A DNA stretch of 64,000 nucleotides, from positions 1 through 64,000 of IMG/VR virus record IMGVR_UViG_3300045988_170760; one strand, given 5' to 3'. Shown piece after piece: positions 24,505 to 32,318 of the stretch. The notes under the pieces were generated by a model that saw nothing but the letters and a program-made list of their open reading frames with translations, had not been told where the DNA came from and ran no database searches. This DNA is from a virus. A program made the translations under genes and the position numbers. The stretch's first letter is position 1. Each line of letters begins with the position of its first letter.

Positions 24505-24876
24505 CTATTTCCCTCCAAATTCTTTATCTAGTTTCATAATTAACTCTTTATTTTCCATATATAATAATAGTTTGTTGAAAGGATTATCTCCTTGCCACCT
24601 ACTACTTTCACAATATAATTTATTACTATCTTTTAATATATATATTACAAGGTCATATCCTACACCAAAATAATCATTAATTATTTGTATGTCTTTACAT
24701 AATAAATAATTTTCTCTAATTGCTTTTTTATTCTTATCAAAATACATTCGTTTAAATTCTCTGCCATTCCAATATTCTATATATGCACTACCTTGTCTTT
24801 GTTTTATTTCTTTTCTGTTATTCTCACTAAAAATATAAGTATATTCATTTGTATCGGTTACTTCATATATTTTCAT
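24505..24876 (-). CDS. hypothetical protein
   Basis: ORF track; GGAGGT SD upstream. Confidence 0.45.
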   Translation of the reverse strand: MKIYEVTDTNEYTYIFSENNRKEIKQRQGSAYIEYWNGREFKRMYFDKNKKAIRENYLLCKDIQIINDYFGVGYDLVIYILKDSNKLYCESSRWQGDNPFNKLLLYMENKELIMKLDKEFGGK

Positions 24877-24903
24877 TTTTTACCTCCTTCTTAATTTAAT
24901 ATT

Positions 24904-24932
24904 ATTATACTACTTTTCTTATATCTTGTCAA
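24904..24932 (-). promoter_or_regulatory. sigma-A type promoter (TTGACA-N17-TATAAT), leftward
   Basis: Reverse complement is CTTGACAAGATATAAGAAAAGTAGTATAAT. Confidence 0.75.
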
Positions 24933-24949
24933 GTTTTTTGTAAAATATT

Positions 24950-25186
24950 TTATTTTTTTATTTCTTCTAATTCTATATTTATTTTATATTCTTTTATTAT
25001 GCCTTTATTTTCAATACTTAATATCATGACATCTGTATTAAATTCACTCCATTTATATTTAATGCTGTCATCATTTGCAATGAAATCGTTTGCAATTAAT
25101 TCATTTTCTAAATATTTCATATCTCCTAATAAATCTGCTTCAAACAAACTTAAAATATAATCTTTTATATATCTTTTAATATCCAT
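24950..25186 (-). CDS. hypothetical protein
   Basis: ORF track. Confidence 0.4.
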   Translation of the reverse strand: MDIKRYIKDYILSLFEADLLGDMKYLENELIANDFIANDDSIKYKWSEFNTDVMILSIENKGIIKEYKINIELEEIKK

Positions 25187-25188
25187 TT

Positions 25189-25584
25189 TTATTTTATCTC
25201 CTTTAAAATATTTTCTACTTCTTGTATAGCTCTATGTTCTTCTATATCATATTTATTTATAAAATATGTTGCCATAATTTTTTTTAGTTCTTCTTCATTT
25301 TTTAATTCATAATCCCAGTCGCCTAATTCACAAGGTTGAAATATATATTCATTACTTTGTCTATCTATAATAAACCATGTTGTATCTCTAAATTCATATA
25401 CATTTTTATATTCTGTTTCTGTATATGCAAAACAATTATTTTTGTCATTTATGATAAAAAATGCTATTATTATTCCAATTATAAATGCTATGACTACACT
25501 AACAATTATTCCAATAATAAATTCTTTATTTGTTTCTTTTTCTACAAATTCTTCAAAATCCATACTAACACCTTCTTTATTCAT
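25189..25584 (-). CDS. membrane-anchored hypothetical protein
   Basis: ORF track; a single TM helix (IIGIIVSVVIAFIIGIIIAFFII). Confidence 0.45.
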   Translation of the reverse strand: MNKEGVSMDFEEFVEKETNKEFIIGIIVSVVIAFIIGIIIAFFIINDKNNCFAYTETEYKNVYEFRDTTWFIIDRQSNEYIFQPCELGDWDYELKNEEELKKIMATYFINKYDIEEHRAIQEVENILKEIK

Positions 25585-25747
25585 ATATTTTATTCAATAA
25601 TTCTTCTAATTCTGTTTCTAGCTCTTCTAAATAAACTAAGTCTGTACTTCCATATCCACATACTTTTTGTTTTTCTTCTTCATATCTTATTAATTGTTCT
25701 AATTCGTATATTCTGTTTTCTATTTCTTCAATATCTTCCTCACTCAT
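25577..25747 (-). CDS. small coiled-coil protein with CGYG motif (56 aa); paralog of 23275-23445
   Basis: My translation is MSEEDIEEIENRIYELEQLIRYEEEKQKVCGYGSTDLVYLEELETELEELLNKIYE. AGGAGGG SD upstream. Confidence 0.5.
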   Translation of the reverse strand: MSEEDIEEIENRIYELEQLIRYEEEKQKVCGYGSTDLVYLEELETELEELLNKIYE

Positions 25748-25787
25748 TTTTTTTATCCCTCCTTTTATATTATCCTTTATATATTCT

Positions 25788-26036
25788 TTAATTCATTTTT
25801 TTTATAAAATCTAATATAGCATTTAATAGTTTTACATCTGCACAAAAAGGTTCGTCGTGTTCTTTCCCACCTTGTTTTATTATTCTTTTTAAAAAAACTC
25901 TTTTAGAATTTTTATTGAATATAACTATTTTTTTATCTTCTTCCATTCCTAAAAATCTACCATCATATTTTTCTACTTTTATATATATAATTTTATTATT
26001 TGTTGTTGTTTTTATTTTAAATCCTAATTCTTCCAT
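25788..26036 (-). CDS. hypothetical protein
   Basis: ORF track; GGGAGGA SD upstream. Confidence 0.4.
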   Translation of the reverse strand: MEELGFKIKTTTNNKIIYIKVEKYDGRFLGMEEDKKIVIFNKNSKRVFLKRIIKQGGKEHDEPFCADVKLLNAILDFIKKMN

Positions 26037-26064
26037 TATAATTCCTCCCTAATTAAAATATCCA

Positions 26065-26232
26065 TTAACATAAATAACTATTATCATAATTACTATCAAT
26101 ATATTCTTTTGCATTGTTTAAACTATATGCTGTATTTATATATTTTTGATTTTTATATATATTATATTCATATTCCGTTCTGCAATCATAATCTGCTTTT
26201 GTTTTAACTATTTCATGATTATGGTATTTCAT
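26065..26232 (-). CDS. small hypothetical protein (55 aa, Tyr/Asn-rich)
   Basis: My translation starts MKYHNHEIVKTKADYDCRTEYEYNIYKNQKY and ends NSYLC. GGGGGA SD upstream. First ORF after the promoter at 26259-26287. Confidence 0.4.
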   Translation of the reverse strand: MKYHNHEIVKTKADYDCRTEYEYNIYKNQKYINTAYSLNNAKEYIDSNYDNSYLC

Positions 26233-26258
26233 ATTATTAATCCCCCTTGATATATATT

Positions 26259-26287
26259 ATTTTACCATAAAATTTATATCTTGTCAA
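26259..26287 (-). promoter_or_regulatory. sigma-A type promoter (TTGACA-N17-TGgTAAAAT), leftward
   Basis: Reverse complement is CTTGACAAGATATAAATTTTATGGTAAAAT. Confidence 0.7.
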
Positions 26288-26350
26288 GTTTTTATATAAA
26301 AATATTATAATTTTTATAAATTTAAGATTTAAAATATTACTTTTATTATA

Positions 26351-26602
26351 TTATTCCCAACTTAAATAATTAAAATAGTAACAACCCATTGGATTATAAG
26401 ATACTTTGATTATTGTATTGTCAAATTCTTCTCCTAATTGGGATAATAAATCTCCTATTATTTCTATGTGATTTATTTTTTCTTCAATATCTATCTTTTC
26501 ATCTGTTAGAATTTTAGATAGTTCATATGAAAAACATTCTTTTATGTCTTTTACTTTTCCTATTACATCTTCATCATTATATATAACATTAAAATTCTTC
26601 AT
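26351..26602 (-). CDS. hypothetical protein
   Basis: ORF track; TAGGAGGA SD upstream. Confidence 0.45.
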   Translation of the reverse strand: MKNFNVIYNDEDVIGKVKDIKECFSYELSKILTDEKIDIEEKINHIEIIGDLLSQLGEEFDNTIIKVSYNPMGCYYFNYLSWE

Positions 26603-26626
26603 AATTTCCTCCTATATACCCCTTAG

Positions 26627-26715
26627 TTTTCAACTAAAGGGGTGGGTTTTCGACCAAAAAGTGAATTTCAAAAAACTAATTTTACTTTTGAAATTGCTAC
26701 TTTTAAAATCGCTAA
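26627..26715 (-). repeat. 89-bp conserved intergenic element, copy R2 (first copy at 18761-18849)
   Basis: See R1. It has the same length and the same position: between the first and second gene of an operon. Confidence 0.75.
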
Positions 26716-26728
26716 ATTTTTATAAATT

Positions 26729-27247
26729 TTATCTTGCTAAAAATCCAAAACTATTTCTTAATTCTATCAGTTCTTTCAATTTATTATTATATATTTCTAA
26801 ATTATTATAAGCATTTTCAAATTCAGGGTCGTGAATATTTTGTAAATAATCTATTTCTTCTTTTTTATACCAACTATTTATTTCTAAAATTTCATCATAA
26901 TATCCACCTTTTATATTATTTTCAAATCCTCTTAAAATATCAATATTACCAACATTACCATAATAATTTTCAAATTTTATTATCAAAGTTCTATCATAAT
27001 ATTTTTCACTTATTCCACTATATTTTTTGTCCATATTTTGATAATACACATATTCATATTTTATGTTATTTTTATCTAAATATTCTTTTGCAAATTTTTC
27101 AATATTTTTTGTTACTTTTTTGTGTCCTAATTTTTCCAAATCTAAAAGAAAATTATTTATACATTTCTTTAATTCTATTTCTTTTTTATATTGTCTTTTT
27201 TGACTTTCTAATTTTTCTTTTTCTAAAAAACAAAATTCATATTTCAT
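26729..27247 (-). CDS. hypothetical protein
   Basis: ORF track; AAGGAGA SD upstream; first gene after the promoter at 27279-27307. Confidence 0.45.
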   Translation of the reverse strand: MKYEFCFLEKEKLESQKRQYKKEIELKKCINNFLLDLEKLGHKKVTKNIEKFAKEYLDKNNIKYEYVYYQNMDKKYSGISEKYYDRTLIIKFENYYGNVGNIDILRGFENNIKGGYYDEILEINSWYKKEEIDYLQNIHDPEFENAYNNLEIYNNKLKELIELRNSFGFLAR

Positions 27248-27278
27248 TTTTTTATATCTCCTTTTCTTAATTTTCTTT

Positions 27279-27307
27279 ATTTTAACATACTTTTTTTATT
27301 TTGTCAA
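27279..27307 (-). promoter_or_regulatory. sigma-A type promoter (TTGACA-N17-TGtTAAAAT), leftward; twin of 19383-19411
   Basis: Reverse complement is TTGACAAAATAAAAAAAGTATGTTAAAAT. Confidence 0.7.
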
Positions 27308-27352
27308 TATATTTTTAAAATTTATTTTATTTTTTTTATAAAATATAAAAAG

Positions 27353-27380
27353 CTGGGCGAATTTTTAAATCCATGTTACG
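27353..27380. repeat. Bipartite motif, copy 3 of 4
   Basis: Sequence is ctgggcgaatttttaaatccatgttacg, in the 21-nt register. Confidence 0.6.
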
Positions 27381-27402
27381 TTTTTGAACTACCCTCCCAA
27401 GG

Positions 27403-27431
27403 CTGGGGCAATTTTTTAGTTCCCTGTTACG
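27403..27431. repeat. Bipartite motif, copy 4 of 4
   Basis: Sequence is ctggggcaattttttagttccctgttacg, in a 22-nt register. Confidence 0.6.
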
Positions 27432-27933
27432 TATTTTTTCATCTTTCTGCAAATATTTGTTCTTTAAAACATCTGTTCTATCAAACGAACGTTTTACAAA
27501 CATTCTTTTGCAAACAAACATTTTACAAACATAAGTTTTATAAATATTATATACATACATATATATAATATTAGTGTGTCGCACGTCTGAGGATGCTTTT
27601 TAATCGTTTTTATTAATATACTAATATAGTTATATATATAACAATTATATTACGTTATATCTTAATTTAATGCGTTTTATAATATAAATTATAAAAGTAT
27701 ACAATGAAATTATATATTTAATTGTACCTAAAATGTGATATAACTATACTTTTTAAGTATGCTATATAATTATACAGATAAAAAAATATATTTGATTATA
27801 GCTCATTTTGACACGTTTTAATATGTTCGTATTTTTAGCATATAATTTATAAATATATCAATATAAAATTATGAATGTACTTTTTATTTTCTTATATAAG
27901 GATTTTATTTTCTAAAAATCCTTGTATAAAACA

Positions 27934-27985
27934 ATAAAAAAAACAAGTTATTTATAATTATTAAATAATTATAATATAACTTGTT
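27934..27985 (-). terminator. Rho-independent terminator (leftward)
   Basis: About 21-bp near-perfect hairpin AACAAGTTATTTATAATTATT / AATAATTATAA(T)ATAACTTGTT. On the minus strand it is followed by UUUUUUUU. Confidence 0.65.
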
Positions 27986-28017
27986 ACTTGCAATTTTAAA
28001 ATTGCTTTCATCTGTTA

Positions 28018-28329
28018 TCATTGCATATTTACATCATATTCAATTTTTTTAGTATCAATTAATTTTTGGATATATTTTCTTTTGTTTTTTTTCACATAAA
28101 GACATATAAACAATTCACAAATATCCTTTCTTAAATAGTGCCTATAATCCTCAATAAACATATATAAATGCTTCATAGTAGTATTTGAATAATCCCAATC
28201 AATGCCCAGTGTTAAGGTTCCTTTGTCCTTGTTTATGCTTGCAATCAAGCTATTATAACTCTGAAATTGTATAAGCTCATCACTTTCAAACAAAAATTGA
28301 TTTTTATTATAAAAATTTTGTACTTTCAT
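28018..28329 (-). CDS. hypothetical protein
   Basis: ORF track. Confidence 0.45.
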   Translation of the reverse strand: MKVQNFYNKNQFLFESDELIQFQSYNSLIASINKDKGTLTLGIDWDYSNTTMKHLYMFIEDYRHYLRKDICELFICLYVKKNKRKYIQKLIDTKKIEYDVNMQ

Positions 28330-28360
28330 TTTTTTTATACCTCCATTATTCTATTATTTT

Positions 28361-28594
28361 TTACATTGTTCTTTTTTTCTCTTCTTTTATGATTTTATTA
28401 ATTTTTTTATATAATATATTCTTTTGTCGTTCTGTAATATAACCCCCGTAAATCTTATCATTAAAAAAATACAATTGTATACAATTTATATTATTATTGT
28501 AATAGTACCAAATTATACAATCTTTTTTATTTTTTTCTTTTTCGATTTCGATAATATGATTATCAATTTTTGTATTATATGTAATTTTATTCAT
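28361..28594 (-). CDS. hypothetical protein
   Basis: ORF track; AGGAGGA SD upstream. Confidence 0.4.
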   Translation of the reverse strand: MNKITYNTKIDNHIIEIEKEKNKKDCIIWYYYNNNINCIQLYFFNDKIYGGYITERQKNILYKKINKIIKEEKKRTM

Positions 28595-28626
28595 TTTTTT
28601 TATTCCTCCTTTTATATGTATTTTTT

Positions 28627-28743
28627 TTAATAATTATAAATATTATTAGTATAATATTTTTCGTCATCTTTTTCGTTTTCTATATTGTCAAAAATTCTAT
28701 TATCAATATTTCTTATTATCTCGTTTATTGTATTTTCTTTCAT
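28627..28743 (-). CDS. small hypothetical protein (38 aa)
   Basis: My translation is MKENTINEIIRNIDNRIFDNIENEKDDEKYYTNNIYNY. The SD (AAGGGG) is weak. Confidence 0.25.
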   Translation of the reverse strand: MKENTINEIIRNIDNRIFDNIENEKDDEKYYTNNIYNY

Positions 28744-28924
28744 TTTTCTTTTGCCCCTTTACTGTTTAAAGTCTGCTTGTGCTTAAAATTACAAGCTTTT
28801 TACTGTATCTTACTTTTGCTAAAAATTTATTGAATAGATAAAAACTATCAAATTTTTTTTCGAAATTTTTATTTGTTTTTTTATCTAATAATTTTATTGT
28901 AAACATATAAACACCGCCTTTTTA

Positions 28925-29095
28925 TTATTTTATGTATTTATCAATTAAATTATAACTAATTATTTTATATAGATTTATTTTTCTGTTGCTTAAATTATAT
29001 ACAATACCTTGTATTAATAACCCCAAAATTAAAATCCCCATTAATTCAATAAAAATTATTCCCATTTTTGCCAAAAATTCTAAAAATAAAATCAT
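28925..29095 (-). CDS. small membrane protein (56 aa)
   Basis: My translation is MILFLEFLAKMGIIFIELMGILILGLLIQGIVYNLSNRKINLYKIISYNLIDKYIK. AAGGAG SD upstream. Confidence 0.45.
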   Translation of the reverse strand: MILFLEFLAKMGIIFIELMGILILGLLIQGIVYNLSNRKINLYKIISYNLIDKYIK

Positions 29096-29115
29096 TTTTT
29101 TACAACTCCTTTTAT

Positions 29116-29289
29116 TTATATTATCACTTTTTCAAATAATTGTAAAGATATTTTATGTGTTATTCCTAATGCCAAATTTGTTTCTTTAGATATTAATTTT
29201 ATGGTATCTTTACCAAAATTTTCTATATAAAATATACCATTAAATTTTATACCATTTGTAAATGGTCTTACTTGTTTATAATAATTCAT
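29116..29289 (-). CDS. small hypothetical protein (57 aa)
   Basis: My translation starts MNYYKQVRPFTNGIKFNGIFYIENFGKDTIKL and ends FEKVII. TAGGAGG SD upstream. Confidence 0.45.
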   Translation of the reverse strand: MNYYKQVRPFTNGIKFNGIFYIENFGKDTIKLISKETNLALGITHKISLQLFEKVII

Positions 29290-29336
29290 ATTAAAAATAC
29301 CTCCTATAGTAAGCTTGTTTTTCTTTTATCTTTTTT

Positions 29337-29507
29337 TTATTCTTTTATTTTATAGTTTGTCAAGTTTTCTATTTCTGTTTTTTCAAAATTAGATAGTTTA
29401 TAAAATGTAACTTTTTTATGTTTACTGTCAATATTTTCTATTTTTTTTATTTTTGGTAAACATTCTTTATATTTTCCAAAAATAAAATTGTTTAATATTA
29501 TATACAT
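29337..29507 (-). CDS. small hypothetical protein (56 aa)
   Basis: ORF track 29337-29540. The upstream ATG lies inside or before the predicted TSS. The ATG at 29507 (MYIILNN) follows AAAGGAGA. Confidence 0.45.
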   Translation of the reverse strand: MYIILNNFIFGKYKECLPKIKKIENIDSKHKKVTFYKLSNFEKTEIENLTNYKIKE

Positions 29508-29538
29508 TTTTTTTCTCCTTTCTTTTTTCATTATACAC

Positions 29539-29566
29539 ATTATATCATTATATATTAAAAAGTCAA
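29539..29566 (-). promoter_or_regulatory. sigma-A type promoter (TTGACT-N16-TGaTATAAT), first leftward promoter of the divergent control region
   Basis: Reverse complement: TTGACT (29566-29561), 16-nt spacer, TATAAT (29544-29539). Confidence 0.6.
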
Positions 29567-29576
29567 TGACAAAATC

Positions 29577-29609
29577 ATTACAATTATATTACAATTATAT
29601 TACAAAATT
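29577..29609. repeat. 3 x 11-bp tandem repeat ATTACAATTAT (third copy 9/11)
   Basis: Sequence is attacaattat attacaattat attacaaaatt. It lies just upstream of the -35 of the leftward promoter, with a one-helical-turn period. Confidence 0.6.
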
Positions 29610-29891
29610 CAAATTTTAGTTCGCTATTTTATTTTTATTTTCTTTTATTTTTGTTTTTAGTGGTTTAGTTATGTAAACAATAACATAGCTGTATATGTAT
29701 ATACAAAAGCATTATACATCTAATATATAATAACTTTCTATATTAAAAGTCGCTATTTTTTTATTTTTGCTATTTTTTAGGTGCTATATAATTTGTGTGT
29801 ATAGCTCTTTTGTGTTTTATTTTACTATTCTTACTTTTACTTTTGTTTTTGTTTAATGTTCCACAAAGAACATATTATCTTATATAGATAT

Positions 29892-29911
29892 ATAAACAAA
29901 CGTTCTTTTGT
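29892..29911. repeat. 20-bp direct repeat ATAAACAAACGTTCTTTTGT, copy 1
   Basis: An identical 20-mer recurs at 29999-30018. It contains the imperfect palindrome ACAAACG-TTC-TTTTGT. Confidence 0.65.
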
Positions 29912-29998
29912 TATATTATATTTATTTTTTTTATTTTATTTTTATTTTAATTAATATAAAATAAATTGCGTATATTGTGTTGTCGTGTAATTGTGTGA

Positions 29999-30018
29999 AT
30001 AAACAAACGTTCTTTTGT
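29999..30018. repeat. 20-bp direct repeat ATAAACAAACGTTCTTTTGT, copy 2
   Basis: Identical to 29892-29911, 107 bp apart. A 15-bp palindrome TGATAATCATTATCA follows at 30038-30052. Confidence 0.65.
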
Positions 30019-30117
30019 GTTGGGTGGGATATGTGATATTGATAATCATTATCATATATTTAAAAAATGCAGTTACCCTTTTTTAAAACCCCTTTCATTT
30101 TTAAAATAGATTTTTTT

Positions 30118-30146
30118 TATATATTTTAAATTAAACTAAAAGTCAA
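30118..30146 (-). promoter_or_regulatory. possible additional leftward promoter (TTGACT-N17-TATATA)
   Basis: Reverse complement: TTGACT (30146-30141), 17-nt spacer, TATATA (30123-30118). No ORF lies directly downstream. Confidence 0.35.
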
Positions 30147-30705
30147 ATTTTACTTATAATTTTAAAACAATAACAGCAACCTTAAAATTATTGATAAAAT
30201 TGTGATTTTATAAATATTAATAATCCCGTTACGTTTTAAATTTATGGTAGTAAGGGGGATACAATAACAACCAAGACCCCAAAAAATCGAACAAGTGTTC
30301 CGCGTGCACATCCATTCCCACACCCAACTCCGAAATACCGAAAAAACCTTACTCTCCCAATACATACAAGCACAAAAAATAAAATTATTTATAAAATCGA
30401 AAAAACAGATATAAAAAATCGTAAAAACGGTGAAAATAGTGCATTAAGCGAAACAGTAAAAATAATAATTATAGTAATAAATATAGAATAACGATAAAAA
30501 AATAAGATATTAAAAATCTCTAAAACCTTGATATTTCTAATAATTCATACGAAACTTCTAAAAATACTTCTAAAACACTCTAAAATTTCTAATAATTTCA
30601 AAAAAATAGAAATATAGAAAAATAGATTAAAATGTTAAAATAAATCAATTATATTATAAATATTTATATACATATTATATATACATATTATATAACATAT
30701 TTAGT

Positions 30706-30792
30706 TGTGTAAAAATACAAAGTTCATTGTGTAAAAATACAAAGTTTGAATGTGTAAAAGTACAAAGTTTGGTTGTGTAAAAATACAAAGTT
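30706..30792 (+). repeat. Four tandem iterons TGTGTAAAA(A/G)TACAAAGTT, period 22-23 bp
   Basis: Copies start at 30706, 30728, 30751 and 30774. Three are identical and one has a single A>G change. The array ends 24 bp upstream of the -35 at 30816. Confidence 0.85.
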
Positions 30793-30815
30793 TAGCATAT
30801 AATTTTAAAAAAGTA

Positions 30816-30844
30816 TTGACTTTGAAAAATAAATATGTTATAAT
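30816..30844 (+). promoter_or_regulatory. sigma-A type promoter (TTGACT-N17-TGtTATAAT), first rightward promoter
   Basis: TTGACT at 30816-30821, 17-nt spacer, TATAAT at 30839-30844. Confidence 0.7.
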
Positions 30845-30905
30845 TATATAGAAGCAATTAAGAGAGAAACATAAAGTATTAATTAAGGATAAGAAAGGTG
30901 GTGGT

Positions 30906-31505
30906 ATGTGTGTGAGTAAAGAAAGGACATCATTGTTAATACCTAGTGAAGAAAATTTCATATCCAATAAAGAGGTTTCAGATATATTATATGTTTGGAT
31001 ATTGTTAAATGGAGATAATATAGATGGAAATATAACTATCAATCAAAAGCCAAGAGGGGCATATAAGGAGTTAGGTATAAATTATAGAACCTTTTATAGA
31101 AAAATAGATAAGTTATTGGAATATAGATATATAGAAAAAGATGGAGAGTACAAATATAAAATAAGCAGCAAGAAATACAAATATAAGAGATATGTATATA
31201 AAGATATAATAAAAGAACTATATGACACCAAAATAAATAATATCATAAAAGTATATATATATTTAAGTTCATTATATGATACTAACCAAAAAAAAGGAAT
31301 TCCTACCTATTTTAGATATAACACATTAGCTAAAGCAATAGGATATTATGGAGGAGAAAACAGAGACAGTAGAAATGAGAAAAAGGTAGGGGGGATAGTA
31401 AAAAAACTATCCGACATGAAATTAATCTCATATACACCACAGTATATTAAAGTAGGAGAAAAATATCAAACTAATTTTATATTAAATAAAATAGTAACAA
31501 AATAA
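30906..31505 (+). CDS. Winged-helix DNA-binding protein (candidate iteron-binding initiator or regulator)
   Basis: ELGINYRTFYRKIDKLLEYRYIEKDG looks like a wHTH. A second similar segment is LAKAIGYYG...IVKKLSDMKLISY. It is the first gene after the iterons and promoter. Confidence 0.45.
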   Translation: MCVSKERTSLLIPSEENFISNKEVSDILYVWILLNGDNIDGNITINQKPRGAYKELGINYRTFYRKIDKLLEYRYIEKDGEYKYKISSKKYKYKRYVYKDIIKELYDTKINNIIKVYIYLSSLYDTNQKKGIPTYFRYNTLAKAIGYYGGENRDSRNEKKVGGIVKKLSDMKLISYTPQYIKVGEKYQTNFILNKIVTK

Positions 31506-31519
31506 GGAGGGATATATAA

Positions 31520-31780
31520 ATGTTAGATAATATTTTCTGGTTTTTCATGGGTATAATAGGCAATATTGTAAAATTTATTATAGTGTCAGGGATAATTGGA
31601 TTTATATTATTATTACCTTTTTTATTAAAAGGGGGATGGTTATTAGGTATAATAATATATGGTTTTTTATTTATATGTATTGGAACTTTTCTAGTAGATA
31701 AACATAATCAAAATAAAGACCATTTTGAAGAGATGATGAAAAGGAGAGAAGAATTTAATGAAAGAAGTAAAAAGATATAG
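31520..31780 (+). CDS. small membrane protein (2 TM)
   Basis: ORF track; AAGGAGGG SD upstream; two hydrophobic helices. Confidence 0.5.
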   Translation: MLDNIFWFFMGIIGNIVKFIIVSGIIGFILLLPFLLKGGWLLGIIIYGFLFICIGTFLVDKHNQNKDHFEEMMKRREEFNERSKKI

Positions 31781-32318
31781 TGGATATGAATTAATCAAGG
31801 CATTAAAAAATAATGAAATATCTACAGGGACAAAATTATATATAGAGTATGAAGACAAAAATAATTCATCATATAGATATAAATTTTATACAAAAGTAGG
31901 AGAATTCAGACAACTTCATATTTGGAGAGAAGAAGAAGGTAAAGAAGATGAACTTTTAGAAAGGGTATTAGATACAGAAGATTTAACAAATAGTACATTT
32001 GTTATATATGAAAAAGAGGAAGAATATTCTTTAAGTAAAAGTGTACGTATCTTATCTGTATTTTTAGAAGAATTAGAAACAGTTTTCGAGAAAACAAAAA
32101 TCAACAACACAAAAGAAAGAAAGGCATTAAGAAAACTATTAGATACATTTAATGATAGTATTTTTATTTCAAAAAAACAATTAATGTTAATGGAAAAAGA
32201 AATAGATAAGCAGAATGAGCCATATGAAGCATATAACAAAGAAAGTAGAGCATATTGGTTGAATTTAGGAAAGAAGTCTTTGATTAATATGTTATTAAAT
32301 GGATTAGGAGGAGAATAA
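31758..32318 (+). CDS. hypothetical protein
   Basis: ORF track; co-directional with overlapping neighbours. Confidence 0.45.
   Translation: MKEVKRYSGYELIKALKNNEISTGTKLYIEYEDKNNSSYRYKFYTKVGEFRQLHIWREEEGKEDELLERVLDTEDLTNSTFVIYEKEEEYSLSKSVRILSVFLEELETVFEKTKINNTKERKALRKLLDTFNDSIFISKKQLMLMEKEIDKQNEPYEAYNKESRAYWLNLGKKSLINMLLNGLGGE

Noticed and set aside
27336-27584. Minus-strand 82-aa ORF inside the 27.3-27.9 kb spacer
   Set aside because: It has no SD. It runs across both bipartite motif copies and the ACAAACAT repeats. The equivalent spacer at 19.4 kb has no matching ORF.
27800-27850. Plus-strand TTGACA...TATAAT pair in the 27.8 kb spacer
   Set aside because: The spacer between the hexamers is 27 nt, too long for a functional sigma-A promoter, and no gene lies downstream on that strand.
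30706-30792. Tandem repeats considered as a CRISPR array
   Set aside because: The four copies are contiguous at a 22-23 bp period with no spacers, and no cas genes are present. The structure is iteron/operator-like instead.
30162-31042. Minus-strand ORFs 30162-30365 and 30701-31042 in the divergent control region
   Set aside because: The first covers only the C/A-rich island, has no SD and is Trp/Cys-rich. The second reads through the four iterons, the rightward promoter and the start of the wHTH gene in antisense.
31916-32239. Antisense ORFs within rightward genes (31916-32239, 37080-37289, 40772-40957, 40932-41177, 42345-42575, 44239-44424, 45589-45816, 51181-51630, 54214-54498, 56733-57089, 57357-57548, 59728-59910, 60829-61026)
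   Set aside because: All are on the strand opposite to a continuous, SD-equipped rightward gene series. Several mirror the low-complexity Ser/Phe/Leu content expected from antisense of K/E-rich genes, for example 56733-57089.
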